DNA from: an uncultured Microbacterium sp.
Lineage (GTDB): Bacteria; Actinomycetota; Actinomycetes; Actinomycetales; Microbacteriaceae
Assembly (NCBI RefSeq): GCF_900078385.1
Contig: NZ_FLQR01000012.1
Location: forward strand, 39,003-103,002
Length of the DNA stretch: 64,000 nt
Direction of reading: 5' to 3'
Shown: positions 35,665 through 44,320 of the stretch, one piece after another
How the letters are laid out: every line of letters starts with the position of its first letter
Position numbering within the stretch: position 1 is the stretch's first letter
Notes under the pieces: generated by a model
Told to the model about the DNA's origin: nothing
Databases searched by the model: none
What the model saw: only the letters and a program-made list of their open reading frames with translations
Translations under genes and position numbers: made by a program

Positions 35665-36314
35665 CCTCCGCCGTCGCCACCCGGCCGTCCCGCCTCGCCC
35701 GGGCGGGCGCCTTCGCGATGCGCGCCCTGCGGGTCGAGCTGCGCATCTACACGAGCATCGCCCGCGCCGTCGTCCGACGCCCCGCCGTCGCCGCCGGTGC
35801 GAGCGGCTTCGGGTACCACCGCCCGGTCCTGACGATCCTGGTCATCTTCATCGCCCTCTCGGCGATCGAGATCCCCATCCTCGACCTCATCGTGCACCGC
35901 TGGCCGGCCATCCGCATCGCCCTCCTCGTGCTCGGGATCTGGGGCCTCACCTGGATGATCGGCCTGCTCTGCGCGTTCCTCGTCCGGCCGCACACGGTCG
36001 GGCCCGCGGGCATCGTGGTGCGGGAGGGCCTGGAGATCGACATCCCGCTCTCCTGGGACGACATCGCCTCCGTCGCGCGCCGGCGCACGGTCGACGAGCC
36101 GAAGAGCCCGCGGATCACGCCGTCGCACGGCATCCCGACTCTCGCCCTGCGCATGCAGGACGAGACGAACGTCGAGATCGTGCTGGAGCGTCCGACCGCG
36201 GTGCGCCTGCCCGGAACGACGCCCAAGGGCGGCACGCACCATGTCGAGGTGGTGCGCCTGTGGACGGACGACGTGGAGGGCTTCCTCGAGGCGGTGCGCC
36301 GCCACATCCCGTGA
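35661..36314 (+). CDS. Membrane protein with C-terminal PH-like domain
   Basis: GTGA overlap with marR; 2 TM followed by beta-rich soluble domain. Confidence 0.75.
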   Translation: MTSAVATRPSRLARAGAFAMRALRVELRIYTSIARAVVRRPAVAAGASGFGYHRPVLTILVIFIALSAIEIPILDLIVHRWPAIRIALLVLGIWGLTWMIGLLCAFLVRPHTVGPAGIVVREGLEIDIPLSWDDIASVARRRTVDEPKSPRITPSHGIPTLALRMQDETNVEIVLERPTAVRLPGTTPKGGTHHVEVVRLWTDDVEGFLEAVRRHIP

Positions 36315-36321
36315 AGCGGGT

Positions 36322-36882
36322 TCAGCGCAGGAACTGGGCGGGGTCGAACTCGGAGATCGGGATGACACGGACCCGCGGCAGCTGCGCATCGAACGCCTGC
36401 ACATCGAACTCCAGGTCGAAGAACTGCAGGCCCGGGAGGCCGGCGAACTCCGAACTCCGGAACTCCTCGAACGCCAGCAGCCCGACACGGCGCGAGCCGT
36501 CGATGAGCGCCGAGACATCCTCGACGAAGTCGCGGTCGTGGCTGACGAGCACGACGTCGTCACCCCGCTCGCGGAGCGCCTGGAGCGTCCGCTGGATGGC
36601 GATGTCGACGACCTTCTCGTCGGCATTGCCGGACAGCGGCACCGGCTGGTAGTTCATCGCCAGCAGGGCCTGGACGAACGGCATCGGCAGACTGGTCGAG
36701 GCGTTCAGGAAGAACAGGCCGCGGGCCTGCTGGTTCCAGCGGCCGGCGACGAACGACAGGATCCGGTCCCACCGGGGCCGTTCCTCCGGCTGCGGCCGAC
36801 GGCCGAGGATCGAGTTGCCCAGCGTCGCGTCGATGTTCTCGCCGTCGATCAGCACCCAGGTCGTACGGTCCGTCTCGTGCAC
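36322..36882 (-). CDS. NYN domain (PIN-like) protein
   Basis: LIDGENID, EKVVDIAI, LVSHDRDF. Confidence 0.85.
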   Translation of the reverse strand: MHETDRTTWVLIDGENIDATLGNSILGRRPQPEERPRWDRILSFVAGRWNQQARGLFFLNASTSLPMPFVQALLAMNYQPVPLSGNADEKVVDIAIQRTLQALRERGDDVVLVSHDRDFVEDVSALIDGSRRVGLLAFEEFRSSEFAGLPGLQFFDLEFDVQAFDAQLPRVRVIPISEFDPAQFLR

Positions 36883-36995
36883 GGTGTCCTCTCCCGAGCG
36901 CGGCCGCGCGCTCGCCTCATCCTATGGCGCGGCGGCACGCCCGATCGCGGCGGGGGTGGCTGGCGGATGCCGGGACGCGGCCGGGCGGATGCCGG

Positions 36996-38270
36996 TCAGC
37001 CGCGGAAGAACGTCTCGGCGACGCGGGTCAGATCCCAGAGGTCACTGACCCCGGCGAGCTCGCGCGCGGAGTGCATCGACAGGATCGGGATGCCGACGTC
37101 CACGGTGCGCATGCCGAGGCGCGTCGCCGTGATGGGGCCGATCGTCGAACCGCAGGGCACGGCGTTGTTCGACACGAACTCCTGGCTCGCGACACCGGCG
37201 TCGGCGCACCAGGCGCTCCACGCCGCGGCGCCGACCCCATCCGTCGCATAACGCTGGTTCGCGTTGATCTTGAGGATCGGCCCGCTCCCGAGCCGGGGCT
37301 GCACGATGGGATCGTGGCGCTCGGCGTAGTTGGGGTGCACGGCGTGGCCGACATCGCTCGATACGCACCAGCTCGCCGCGAGGGAACGCAGCTGCTGCTC
37401 GCGGTCGGCGCCGAGCGAGAGCCAGATGCGCTCGAGCACGTCGGAGAGGAACGGGCCGGCAGCGCCCGAGCGGGTGCCCGACCCGACCTCCTCGTGGTCG
37501 AACACCGCGAGCATCGCGATGTGGTCGGCATCGAGCCCCGTCTTCTCGAGGGCGACGACACCGGCGTGCACGGAGGCCAGATCGTCGAGGCGGCCCGCGG
37601 CGAAGAACACGTCGTCGTGACCGAACGTCTGGCCGGGGGCGGCATCCGCGGTGACGAGGTCGTAGCCGCGGATCCGCGCGGCATCCACCCCGGCGGCGCG
37701 GGCGACCTCGCCCAGGAGATCCGCGGAGTCCGCCTCGCCGAGCCCCCACACCGGCTGCGTCTGGGACTGCTTGTCGAGCGCGAGGTGGTCGTTCACCTCG
37801 CGGTCGAGGTGGATCGCGAGCTGCGGGAGGCGCAGGAGCGGCCCCGTCGCGGCGAGGACCGCGGTCCCGTCGTCCAGGACGAGGCGCCCGGCGAGACGCA
37901 GCTCGCGGTCGAGCCACGAGTTCAGCAGCGGGCCGCCGTAGATCTCGACGGCCGCCTGCAGCCAGCCGAGCCGGCCCGTGGTGGGCTTGGGCTTCAGCTT
38001 GAATCCGGGTGAGTCGCTGTGCGCGCCGAAGACGCGCACCCCGGTGGCCGCGGACGCGCCCTCCGGTACCACCCAGGCGATGACGGCACCGTCGCGGACG
38101 ACGACGAACCGCCCTCCGACGGGCGAACTCCACCGCTCGTCCTCGGCGAGCCGCGTGAACCCGGCGTCGACGAGCCGGTCGGCCACGTGGGCGGCGGCAT
38201 GGTGGCTCGACGGCGACGCGGCGATGAACGCGGCCAGATCGTCGGCGTGGGCGAGCGCGTCGGCGGGCAC
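36996..38270 (-). CDS. apeB: M18 family aminopeptidase
   Basis: AHSDSPG, RLDDL, FDHEEVGS, SSDVGHAVHPNY, CGSTIGP, SMHSARE. Confidence 0.9.
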   Translation of the reverse strand: MPADALAHADDLAAFIAASPSSHHAAAHVADRLVDAGFTRLAEDERWSSPVGGRFVVVRDGAVIAWVVPEGASAATGVRVFGAHSDSPGFKLKPKPTTGRLGWLQAAVEIYGGPLLNSWLDRELRLAGRLVLDDGTAVLAATGPLLRLPQLAIHLDREVNDHLALDKQSQTQPVWGLGEADSADLLGEVARAAGVDAARIRGYDLVTADAAPGQTFGHDDVFFAAGRLDDLASVHAGVVALEKTGLDADHIAMLAVFDHEEVGSGTRSGAAGPFLSDVLERIWLSLGADREQQLRSLAASWCVSSDVGHAVHPNYAERHDPIVQPRLGSGPILKINANQRYATDGVGAAAWSAWCADAGVASQEFVSNNAVPCGSTIGPITATRLGMRTVDVGIPILSMHSARELAGVSDLWDLTRVAETFFRG

Positions 38271-38368
38271 AGTGGACCTCCTGATGGGCGGGCGGTCCTT
38301 CGATCGTATGCCGCGCCGGGCGGGTCGCCCTCCGCGGGGCACGACCCGCCCACGGGTACCGTCGTGTC

Positions 38369-38725
38369 ATGCCCGCCCCGCAGACCCGCCGCGCCCGCGC
38401 CGCACGTCGGCGCGCGAAGCGGGTCGCCGCGAGCGGGAGCGACCTCACCGACGCCCAGTGGTTCACCATCCTGGACGCGTGGACCCGGTGCGCGTACTGC
38501 GGCGCCGACGGCGTCGCGCTGCAGCGCGACTGCGTGCTGCCCATCTCGCGCGGCGGCCGCTACACGGTGGACAACGTCGTGCCGGCATGCCGCTCCTGCA
38601 ATGCGAGCAAGAGCAACGACGAGGTCACGTCGTGGATGCGGCGCCGGCGACTCGACGAGCCGGCATTCCTCCTCCGGTGGTACGAGGTCACCGCCACACT
38701 GCGGGCGGCGCACGCACCGGACTGA
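38369..38725 (+). CDS. Small HNH-family protein
   Basis: CAYCG...QRDCVLPISRGG...NVVPACRSCNASK. Confidence 0.85.
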   Translation: MPAPQTRRARAARRRAKRVAASGSDLTDAQWFTILDAWTRCAYCGADGVALQRDCVLPISRGGRYTVDNVVPACRSCNASKSNDEVTSWMRRRRLDEPAFLLRWYEVTATLRAAHAPD

Positions 38726-38747
38726 GCCGCGTTGCAGCGCCCTCCGG

Positions 38748-39824
38748 CTACAGTCCCACCACGGGCACGCCGAGCCACTCCCCGAGGTCGCGGATCTCCG
38801 CGTGCACCATCTCGGTCTCCTCGTCGTCGAAGGGGGCGAGCTCATGGAGCGCGTTCACGACGAGCGTCTCGCGCTTCTTGTCGAGCTCGGCGTCGAGGAG
38901 CCCCAGGAAGCGGTCGCCGACGAGGACGGGGTGCGCGAAGTACCCGTAGCGACGCTGCGCCTTCGGTTTGAACTGCTCGAGGACGTACGCGAAGTCGAAG
39001 AGCTCCTGCAGGCGCGGGCGGTCGAACAGCATCCCGTCGTAGGGGTTGAGGATGGCGACCCGACCGCCCGGGTCGGTGTCCAGCGCAGCGAGGGCCTCCG
39101 GGTCGACGCGCCACTTCCAGGCGCATCCCTCCACCTCGGCGGCCTCGCCGGCCTCGCCGACGGGTGTCCAGGGCGAGCGCCGCTTCGCGATGCCCGCGGC
39201 TTGGAGTCGGCGCTCCTCGAGGCGATGACCGGCCTCCTCGTAGGAGATGTCGGGCAGGTCGGTGGGGTACACGCGCGCGGCGAGGTCCCAGCGGCGCGAC
39301 CGGCCGACGCGCCCGACGATGGCCACCTCGCCGATCAGCATGAGGATCTCCAGCATCCGCGGCACCTGATTGGAGCCGTACCAGCCGCCCTCCGACGTGG
39401 CCGCGACCGCGCTCGTGTCGGGGATGTCGGCGGCGAGGAGCGGACCGTCGGCGCGCAGTCGCGCGATCACATCGCGGCGGAACGCGGCATTCGCCTCCAA
39501 CCACTCCACGGTGCTGTCGCGGAGCTTCCGCTGCCGCATCCGAGGCACCAGGAACGGCAGGAGAGAGGACGGATGGAACCCGCCGTCGAACTCGAAGAGC
39601 AGGCGGTCGGTCTCGACGGCCTTGGTCAGCTGCGGCTGCTCGAACGACCAGCCGATGCGCGACCACAGGACGCTCTGCTCGGCCGGCGCGATGGTGGCCG
39701 TCGGATCGATCTTGATCGAGCCGATCTGCTCGGCGACCTCCACGACGTCGCCCGGGCGATCGGCGTCCAGCAACTGGGCGCGCACGGCGATGCGACGCGC
39801 CTCGTCCCGCGTCAGCCGATGCAT
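38748..39824 (-). CDS. YcaQ/AlkZ-like winged-helix DNA glycosylase family protein
   Basis: SIKIDPT...VLWSRI, ILNPYDGMLFDRPR, KRRYGYFAHPVL. Confidence 0.8.
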   Translation of the reverse strand: MHRLTRDEARRIAVRAQLLDADRPGDVVEVAEQIGSIKIDPTATIAPAEQSVLWSRIGWSFEQPQLTKAVETDRLLFEFDGGFHPSSLLPFLVPRMRQRKLRDSTVEWLEANAAFRRDVIARLRADGPLLAADIPDTSAVAATSEGGWYGSNQVPRMLEILMLIGEVAIVGRVGRSRRWDLAARVYPTDLPDISYEEAGHRLEERRLQAAGIAKRRSPWTPVGEAGEAAEVEGCAWKWRVDPEALAALDTDPGGRVAILNPYDGMLFDRPRLQELFDFAYVLEQFKPKAQRRYGYFAHPVLVGDRFLGLLDAELDKKRETLVVNALHELAPFDDEETEMVHAEIRDLGEWLGVPVVGL

Positions 39825-39830
39825 GCCACG

Positions 39831-39852
39831 AGCGTAGCCGCAGGCGGCGACG
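39831..39852 (-). promoter_or_regulatory. PafBC-like leaderless promoter of YcaQ-like gene
   Basis: Minus strand CGTCGC-cgcctgcggc-TA-cgc-T, then 6 nt to ATG 39824. Confidence 0.5.
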
Positions 39853-39947
39853 GCGATCGGTCGTCCTGCGGGCGAGATCCGCATGGTCTGACCATATTCA
39901 CGGTCCGAGCGCCCGCGCGGAACCCGGGACAGGTGTGGAGTGGCACC

Positions 39948-40532
39948 ATGACCACCTCTGCACCTGCTCGCATGGCCGGCCTGCTCGCCGTCGTCCTCGC
40001 TCTCACCGGCCTCGCGGGTTGCGCGGCCGCCGATACCAGCCCCGCCGCGGATCCTCGCCCGACCACCGTGACGGTGTCCGATCTCGCCGACATGACGCCC
40101 GTGGAGGTCGTCGACACCCTCGAAGCGCTCCCCGTCGACGAACGGCCGACCGACTTCACGGTGTCCGTGCGTCCGGATCACCTGCTGATCACCGCGGACG
40201 GCGAGGAGACCGAGCGGGCCCTGCCGGAGGACCTGTTCTACCTCTCGCTCGCACCGTACGTCGACGGGACGCACGACTGCTTCTTCCACAGCCTGACCAC
40301 CTGCCAGGGCGAGCTCGGGGGCGAACTCATCGAGGTGACCATCACCGACGCGTCCGGCGCGACCCTCGTCGACGAGACGCTGACGGCCGCCGACAACGGC
40401 TTCGTCGGGGTGTGGCTGCCCCGCGGCATCGACGCGACGCTCGAGGTCGCGTACGACGGCGCACGCGCCACGACGCCGATCAGCACCGGCGCGGACGACC
40501 CGACCTGTCTCACGGGCCTGCGCCTGAGCTGA
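39948..40532 (+). CDS. cueP: CueP family copper-binding lipoprotein
   Basis: LAGC lipobox; FYLSLAPY...THDCFFHSLTTCQGEL; NGFVGVWLPR; PTCLT. Confidence 0.8.
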   Translation: MTTSAPARMAGLLAVVLALTGLAGCAAADTSPAADPRPTTVTVSDLADMTPVEVVDTLEALPVDERPTDFTVSVRPDHLLITADGEETERALPEDLFYLSLAPYVDGTHDCFFHSLTTCQGELGGELIEVTITDASGATLVDETLTAADNGFVGVWLPRGIDATLEVAYDGARATTPISTGADDPTCLTGLRLS

Positions 40533-40554
40533 TCGGCGACGGGAGCGCGATCCG

Positions 40555-40794
40555 TCAGGGCGCGTCCGGCGGCTCCCCCGCCGCCGCGTTCTCGACAGCG
40601 GCGGCGTCGGCGTCATCGACCCCGGGACCGGGGCCGGGGCGCACGACGGCATCCTCCGCGATGTCGATGCGCGTGTGCCCGTCGTGCTCGCTCACCTCGA
40701 TGCGCGGCGCGGCATCGCGCTCCGTGGAGCCTGCGGCGCGCAGCAGCTGATCGCGGCGCTTCTCCTCGTCGGTCATGCCGTCGGTCTCACTCAT
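40555..40794 (-). CDS. Small acidic hypothetical protein
   Basis: RBS GAGGAG; EKRRDQLLRA...PRIEVSE motif; directly downstream of SRPBCC gene. Confidence 0.65.
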   Translation of the reverse strand: MSETDGMTDEEKRRDQLLRAAGSTERDAAPRIEVSEHDGHTRIDIAEDAVVRPGPGPGVDDADAAAVENAAAGEPPDAP

Positions 40795-40804
40795 CGCCAT
40801 CTCC

Positions 40805-41257
40805 TCACGAGACGTCGCCGCGCCAGGCGCCGGTCTCGGTGTCACGGCTTTCGATGAACTCCTTGAAGTTCTCCAGGTCCTTCTTCACGGCGTGGTCGTC
40901 GACGCCGACGAGCGCCCCGAGCGTCTCGGCGACACCCTTCGGCTCCCATTCGAGCTGGACCGTCACGCGCGACGTGGTGTCGTCGAGTTTGTGGAACGTG
41001 ACGACCCCGGCGTGATCGGCATCGCCGTCGATGCTGTTCCATGCGACCCGCTCGTCGGGGTGCTGTTCGGTGATCTTCGCCGTGAACTCGCGCTGCACAC
41101 CGGCGATCGTGACCGTCCACCGGTTCGTGGTGTCGTCGATCTGGGTGATCGCGTCGACGAAGCTCAGGAACTGCGGGAACGATTCGAACTGCGTCCACTG
41201 GTTGTACGCCGTCGACACGGGGACGTCGACGTCGATCGTCTTCGTGATGCTTGCCAT
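40805..41257 (-). CDS. SRPBCC (polyketide cyclase/dehydrase-like) family protein
   Basis: IDVDVPVSTAYNQWTQFESFPQF, HAGVVTFH, DLENFKEFIE. Confidence 0.9.
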   Translation of the reverse strand: MASITKTIDVDVPVSTAYNQWTQFESFPQFLSFVDAITQIDDTTNRWTVTIAGVQREFTAKITEQHPDERVAWNSIDGDADHAGVVTFHKLDDTTSRVTVQLEWEPKGVAETLGALVGVDDHAVKKDLENFKEFIESRDTETGAWRGDVS

Positions 41258-41379
41258 GGGGTTCTCCTCTTCGCTTCTGCGTCTCGGGAGTGCCAGTGTC
41301 CTCGATCGTCGGACGCGACGCCCGAGGGTTGACAAGCACGGGCGCCCGTGTGAATGGCGCGCGGGCGGGTTCTGCCGCG

Positions 41380-42270
41380 TCAGGCGCGGGCGAGGGCCTC
41401 GAGCGGCGCGCCGGTCAGGCGCTGCGTCGTCCACTCCGAGAGGGGCTCGGCGCCGATCGAGCGGTAGAAGCCGATCGACGGCTCGTTCCAATCGAGCACG
41501 GTCCACTCGAAGCGGCGGTACCCGCGCGCAATGCACACGGCAGCCAGCGCCGACATGAGCGCGCGCCCGTAGCCGCGGCCGCGCTGCGCTTCGTCGACGT
41601 ACAGGTCCTCGAGCCAGATGCCGTGCGTGCCGGTCCAGGTCGAGTACGTCAGGAACCAGATCGCGATGCCGACGATGGCGCCCTCGCGTTCGACGACGTG
41701 CGCGAAGGCACGCGGCTCGGGACCGAACAGCGTCGCGTGGATCATCTCGGGTGTGTTCTCGACGGCATCCGGTTCACGCTCGTAGACGGCGAGCGCGTGG
41801 ATGAGGGCGAGGATGCCGGGCTCGTCGCCGGGTCGCGCGGCGCGCAGGACGGCGCCGTCGCCGAGGTCACGGGCGTGCGCCGCCCCCGCCGCGGGCGACA
41901 CCTGCCGGGCCGAGCGCCTGCGGATCACGGAGGTCGCGATGAGGCGCCAGCACACGAGGGCGGCGAGGATGACGACCGAGGCGACGACGACGAACGGGAC
42001 CGCGGTGCCCTGGCCGGAGAGCGCGCGCAGCAGCATCCCGCCGGCGACCGTCACGACCGCGATCGGGATGCCGGCGCGCACCGGCGCCGCGGGTACGCGC
42101 CACGCGCGGGTCACGGCCCAGCCCACCGCGAGCGCGAGGAGGAACGGCCACGCGGTGGTCCAGAGCCCGAGGACCGGATCCTCGCCGTGCGTCGTCCGCC
42201 CGAGCGCCGCGAACGCGGTGACGAGCACGGCATCCGCCGCGAGTGCCCCCGCGATGCCCCGCCGGCTCAT
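41380..42270 (-). CDS. Fusion of DUF3054 membrane domain and SSAT-like GNAT acetyltransferase
   Basis: N-terminal DAVLV.AFAALGR..H...TAWPFL...GMLLR (DUF3054); C-terminal [24 protein letters not shown]...[12 protein letters not shown]. Confidence 0.8.
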   Translation of the reverse strand: MSRRGIAGALAADAVLVTAFAALGRTTHGEDPVLGLWTTAWPFLLALAVGWAVTRAWRVPAAPVRAGIPIAVVTVAGGMLLRALSGQGTAVPFVVVASVVILAALVCWRLIATSVIRRRSARQVSPAAGAAHARDLGDGAVLRAARPGDEPGILALIHALAVYEREPDAVENTPEMIHATLFGPEPRAFAHVVEREGAIVGIAIWFLTYSTWTGTHGIWLEDLYVDEAQRGRGYGRALMSALAAVCIARGYRRFEWTVLDWNEPSIGFYRSIGAEPLSEWTTQRLTGAPLEALARA

Positions 42271-43214
42271 CGTCGGCCGCCTGCGGCGCCCGCGAGGGTT
42301 TCGATCTCCGGCGTGCGCGCGAGGCCCGCGGTCGCCGACGCACGTACGTACCCATGTGGGTTCGCCGAGCCCCTGCTCGATTCGCGCGAATCCTGGGTGG
42401 GTTCGGCGAGCCCATAGTGGTTCGCGGAGGACGGAGAGGTGGAGGACGGGGACGGGGAGGACGGGGACGGGGAGGACGGGGAGGGCGAGACGGGGGTCAG
42501 GGCGGGGGTCAGAGCCTCGCGGGCGTCGAAGACGAAGCAGTCGCCGCGGAAGTGCGCGCCACCGGCGTGTTCGAAGTAGCCGAGGATCCCGCCGTCGAGC
42601 TGGTACGCATCCACGCCGCTCTCCCGAAGGTGGATGGCGGCCTTCTCGCAGCGGATGCCGCCGGTGCAGAAGCTCACGACGGTCTTGTCCGCCAGCTCCG
42701 CCCGATGCGCCCGCGCAGCGCCGGGGAACTGCGTGAAGCGCTCGATGCGCCAGTCGAGCGCCCCGTCGAAGGTGCCGTAGTCGACCTCGAACGCGTTGCG
42801 GGTATCGAGCAGCACGACCTCCCGGCCCGCGTCGTCGTGGCCCTGATCGAGCCAGCGGCGGAGGGTGCCCGGCGCGACCGCCGGCGCCCGCCCCGCGGCG
42901 GGCTGGATGGTCGGGTGATCCATCCGGATGATCTCGCGCTTGTGCTTGACCAGCATCCGGCGGAACGGCTGCTCCTCGGACCAGCTCTCCTTCGTCGTGA
43001 GCGCGGCGAACCGTCCGTCGACGCGCAGCATGCGAAGGAAGCCGCGGAGATCCGCCTCGGCCCCCGCGAGGAAGAGGTTGATCCCCTCCTCCGCGAGGAT
43101 GATCGTGCCGGCGAGCCCCGCCGCCTCGGCGCGCTCCCGCAGGATGGGGCGCAGGGCCGCCGGGTCGTCGATCTGCGTGAAGAGATACGCCGAGACGTTC
43201 AGAACGGATGCCAC
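42267..43214 (-). CDS. trhO: tRNA uridine(34) hydroxylase / rhodanese-related protein with low-complexity C-terminal tail
   Basis: [19 protein letters not shown]...[31 protein letters not shown]. Confidence 0.85.
   Translation of the reverse strand: MASVLNVSAYLFTQIDDPAALRPILRERAEAAGLAGTIILAEEGINLFLAGAEADLRGFLRMLRVDGRFAALTTKESWSEEQPFRRMLVKHKREIIRMDHPTIQPAAGRAPAVAPGTLRRWLDQGHDDAGREVVLLDTRNAFEVDYGTFDGALDWRIERFTQFPGAARAHRAELADKTVVSFCTGGIRCEKAAIHLRESGVDAYQLDGGILGYFEHAGGAHFRGDCFVFDAREALTPALTPVSPSPSSPSPSSPSPSSTSPSSANHYGLAEPTQDSRESSRGSANPHGYVRASATAGLARTPEIETLAGAAGGRR
42426..42485. repeat. 15-bp tandem repeat (about 4 copies) within trhO 3' end encoding (PSPSS)n
   Basis: GGAGGACGGGGACGG exact at 42441 and 42456; degenerate at 42426 and 42471. 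Confidence 0.85.
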
Positions 43215-43271
43215 CCCTCCAGCCTAGGGAGCGCAGGTGCGGCGCGCGGACATCCGATCTACCGTGGAGTC

Positions 43272-43571
43272 ATGGACGGAGTCGGCGGCCTCATGGCGGG
43301 AGCAGCGGTCGTCGCGCTCCTGGTCTACGCCGTCTGGTACGCCGCCGACACCCGCCGGCGGCGGCGCCGGGGTGAGGTCGTCGCGAGGTCGACCGGCGGC
43401 GTCATCGGCTTCGACGAGGTCTGGCGGCCGACGGCCGCCGAGGCTCAGGCCGTGTGGGAGGCGGAGCAGATCACGCCCGCGCCGTCCCCCGTGCCCGCGG
43501 ACGGGCCCGGGGTCATCACGGGGAACCGGATCGTCATCGACACCGGGCTGCGGCACGCGCCGAAGCCCTGA
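43272..43571 (+). CDS. Small single-pass membrane protein
   Basis: N-terminal TM followed by [15 protein letters not shown] motif. Confidence 0.65.
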   Translation: MDGVGGLMAGAAVVALLVYAVWYAADTRRRRRRGEVVARSTGGVIGFDEVWRPTAAEAQAVWEAEQITPAPSPVPADGPGVITGNRIVIDTGLRHAPKP

Positions 43572-43578
43572 CGCTTGC

Positions 43579-44223
43579 TCAGCCCCGGATCGCGTCCGCG
43601 ATCGGCGCGTCGCCGGAGTTGAACCGCAGGGTGCGGCGCACGGTGGAGTCGTCGGCGAGCACCGCCGCGACGACGGCAGCGACATCGCCGCGCGGGACCG
43701 TGCCGGAGTCTGCGGCATCCACGTCGATCCGACCGGTCGGCGGGTCGAGCGTGAGGCCGCTCGGCGCGACGATCGTCCAGTCCAGGCCGCTCGCGCGGAG
43801 GTGCGCGTCGGCGGCGGCCTTCGCCTCGGCGTAGGCGAAGAAGCCATTCTCCGGCGGCACGCCGTGGTCGGGGCCGGCACCGAAGTACGACACCATCACG
43901 TAGCGGCGGACGTCCGCGGCGGCGGCCGCGTCGATGCTGCGGATCGCGGCATCCCGATCGACGGCGTAGGTGCGCTCCGGGCTGCCTCCGCCCGCACCGG
44001 CCGACCAGACGACGGCGTCGTTGCCGCTCAGGAGGTTCGCGAGCTGTGCGGTGTCGAGGGTCTCGATGTCGGCGACGACGGGCGTCGCGCCGGTCGCCGC
44101 GACGTCGGCCTCGTGGGCGGCGTTGCGGATGACGGCGGTGACGTGATCGCCGCGGGCGGCCAGGAGCGGCTCGAGGAGCAGGGCGACCTTGCCGTGTCCG
44201 CCGATGAGCAGGATGCGGGCCAT
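43579..44223 (-). CDS. NAD(P)H-binding atypical SDR (YhfK-like)
   Basis: IGGHGKVA, WSAGAGG, YAEAKAAAD, WTIVAPS. Confidence 0.9.
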   Translation of the reverse strand: MARILLIGGHGKVALLLEPLLAARGDHVTAVIRNAAHEADVAATGATPVVADIETLDTAQLANLLSGNDAVVWSAGAGGGSPERTYAVDRDAAIRSIDAAAAADVRRYVMVSYFGAGPDHGVPPENGFFAYAEAKAAADAHLRASGLDWTIVAPSGLTLDPPTGRIDVDAADSGTVPRGDVAAVVAAVLADDSTVRRTLRFNSGDAPIADAIRG

Positions 44224-44320
44224 GTGAAGGCTCCTTCCGGTCAGGGCTTCGAGACTACGCCGCAAAACGACGGAGGCGCCCGGCGGGATGCCGGACGCCC
44301 CTTCGGGCGCGTACCGGCGC

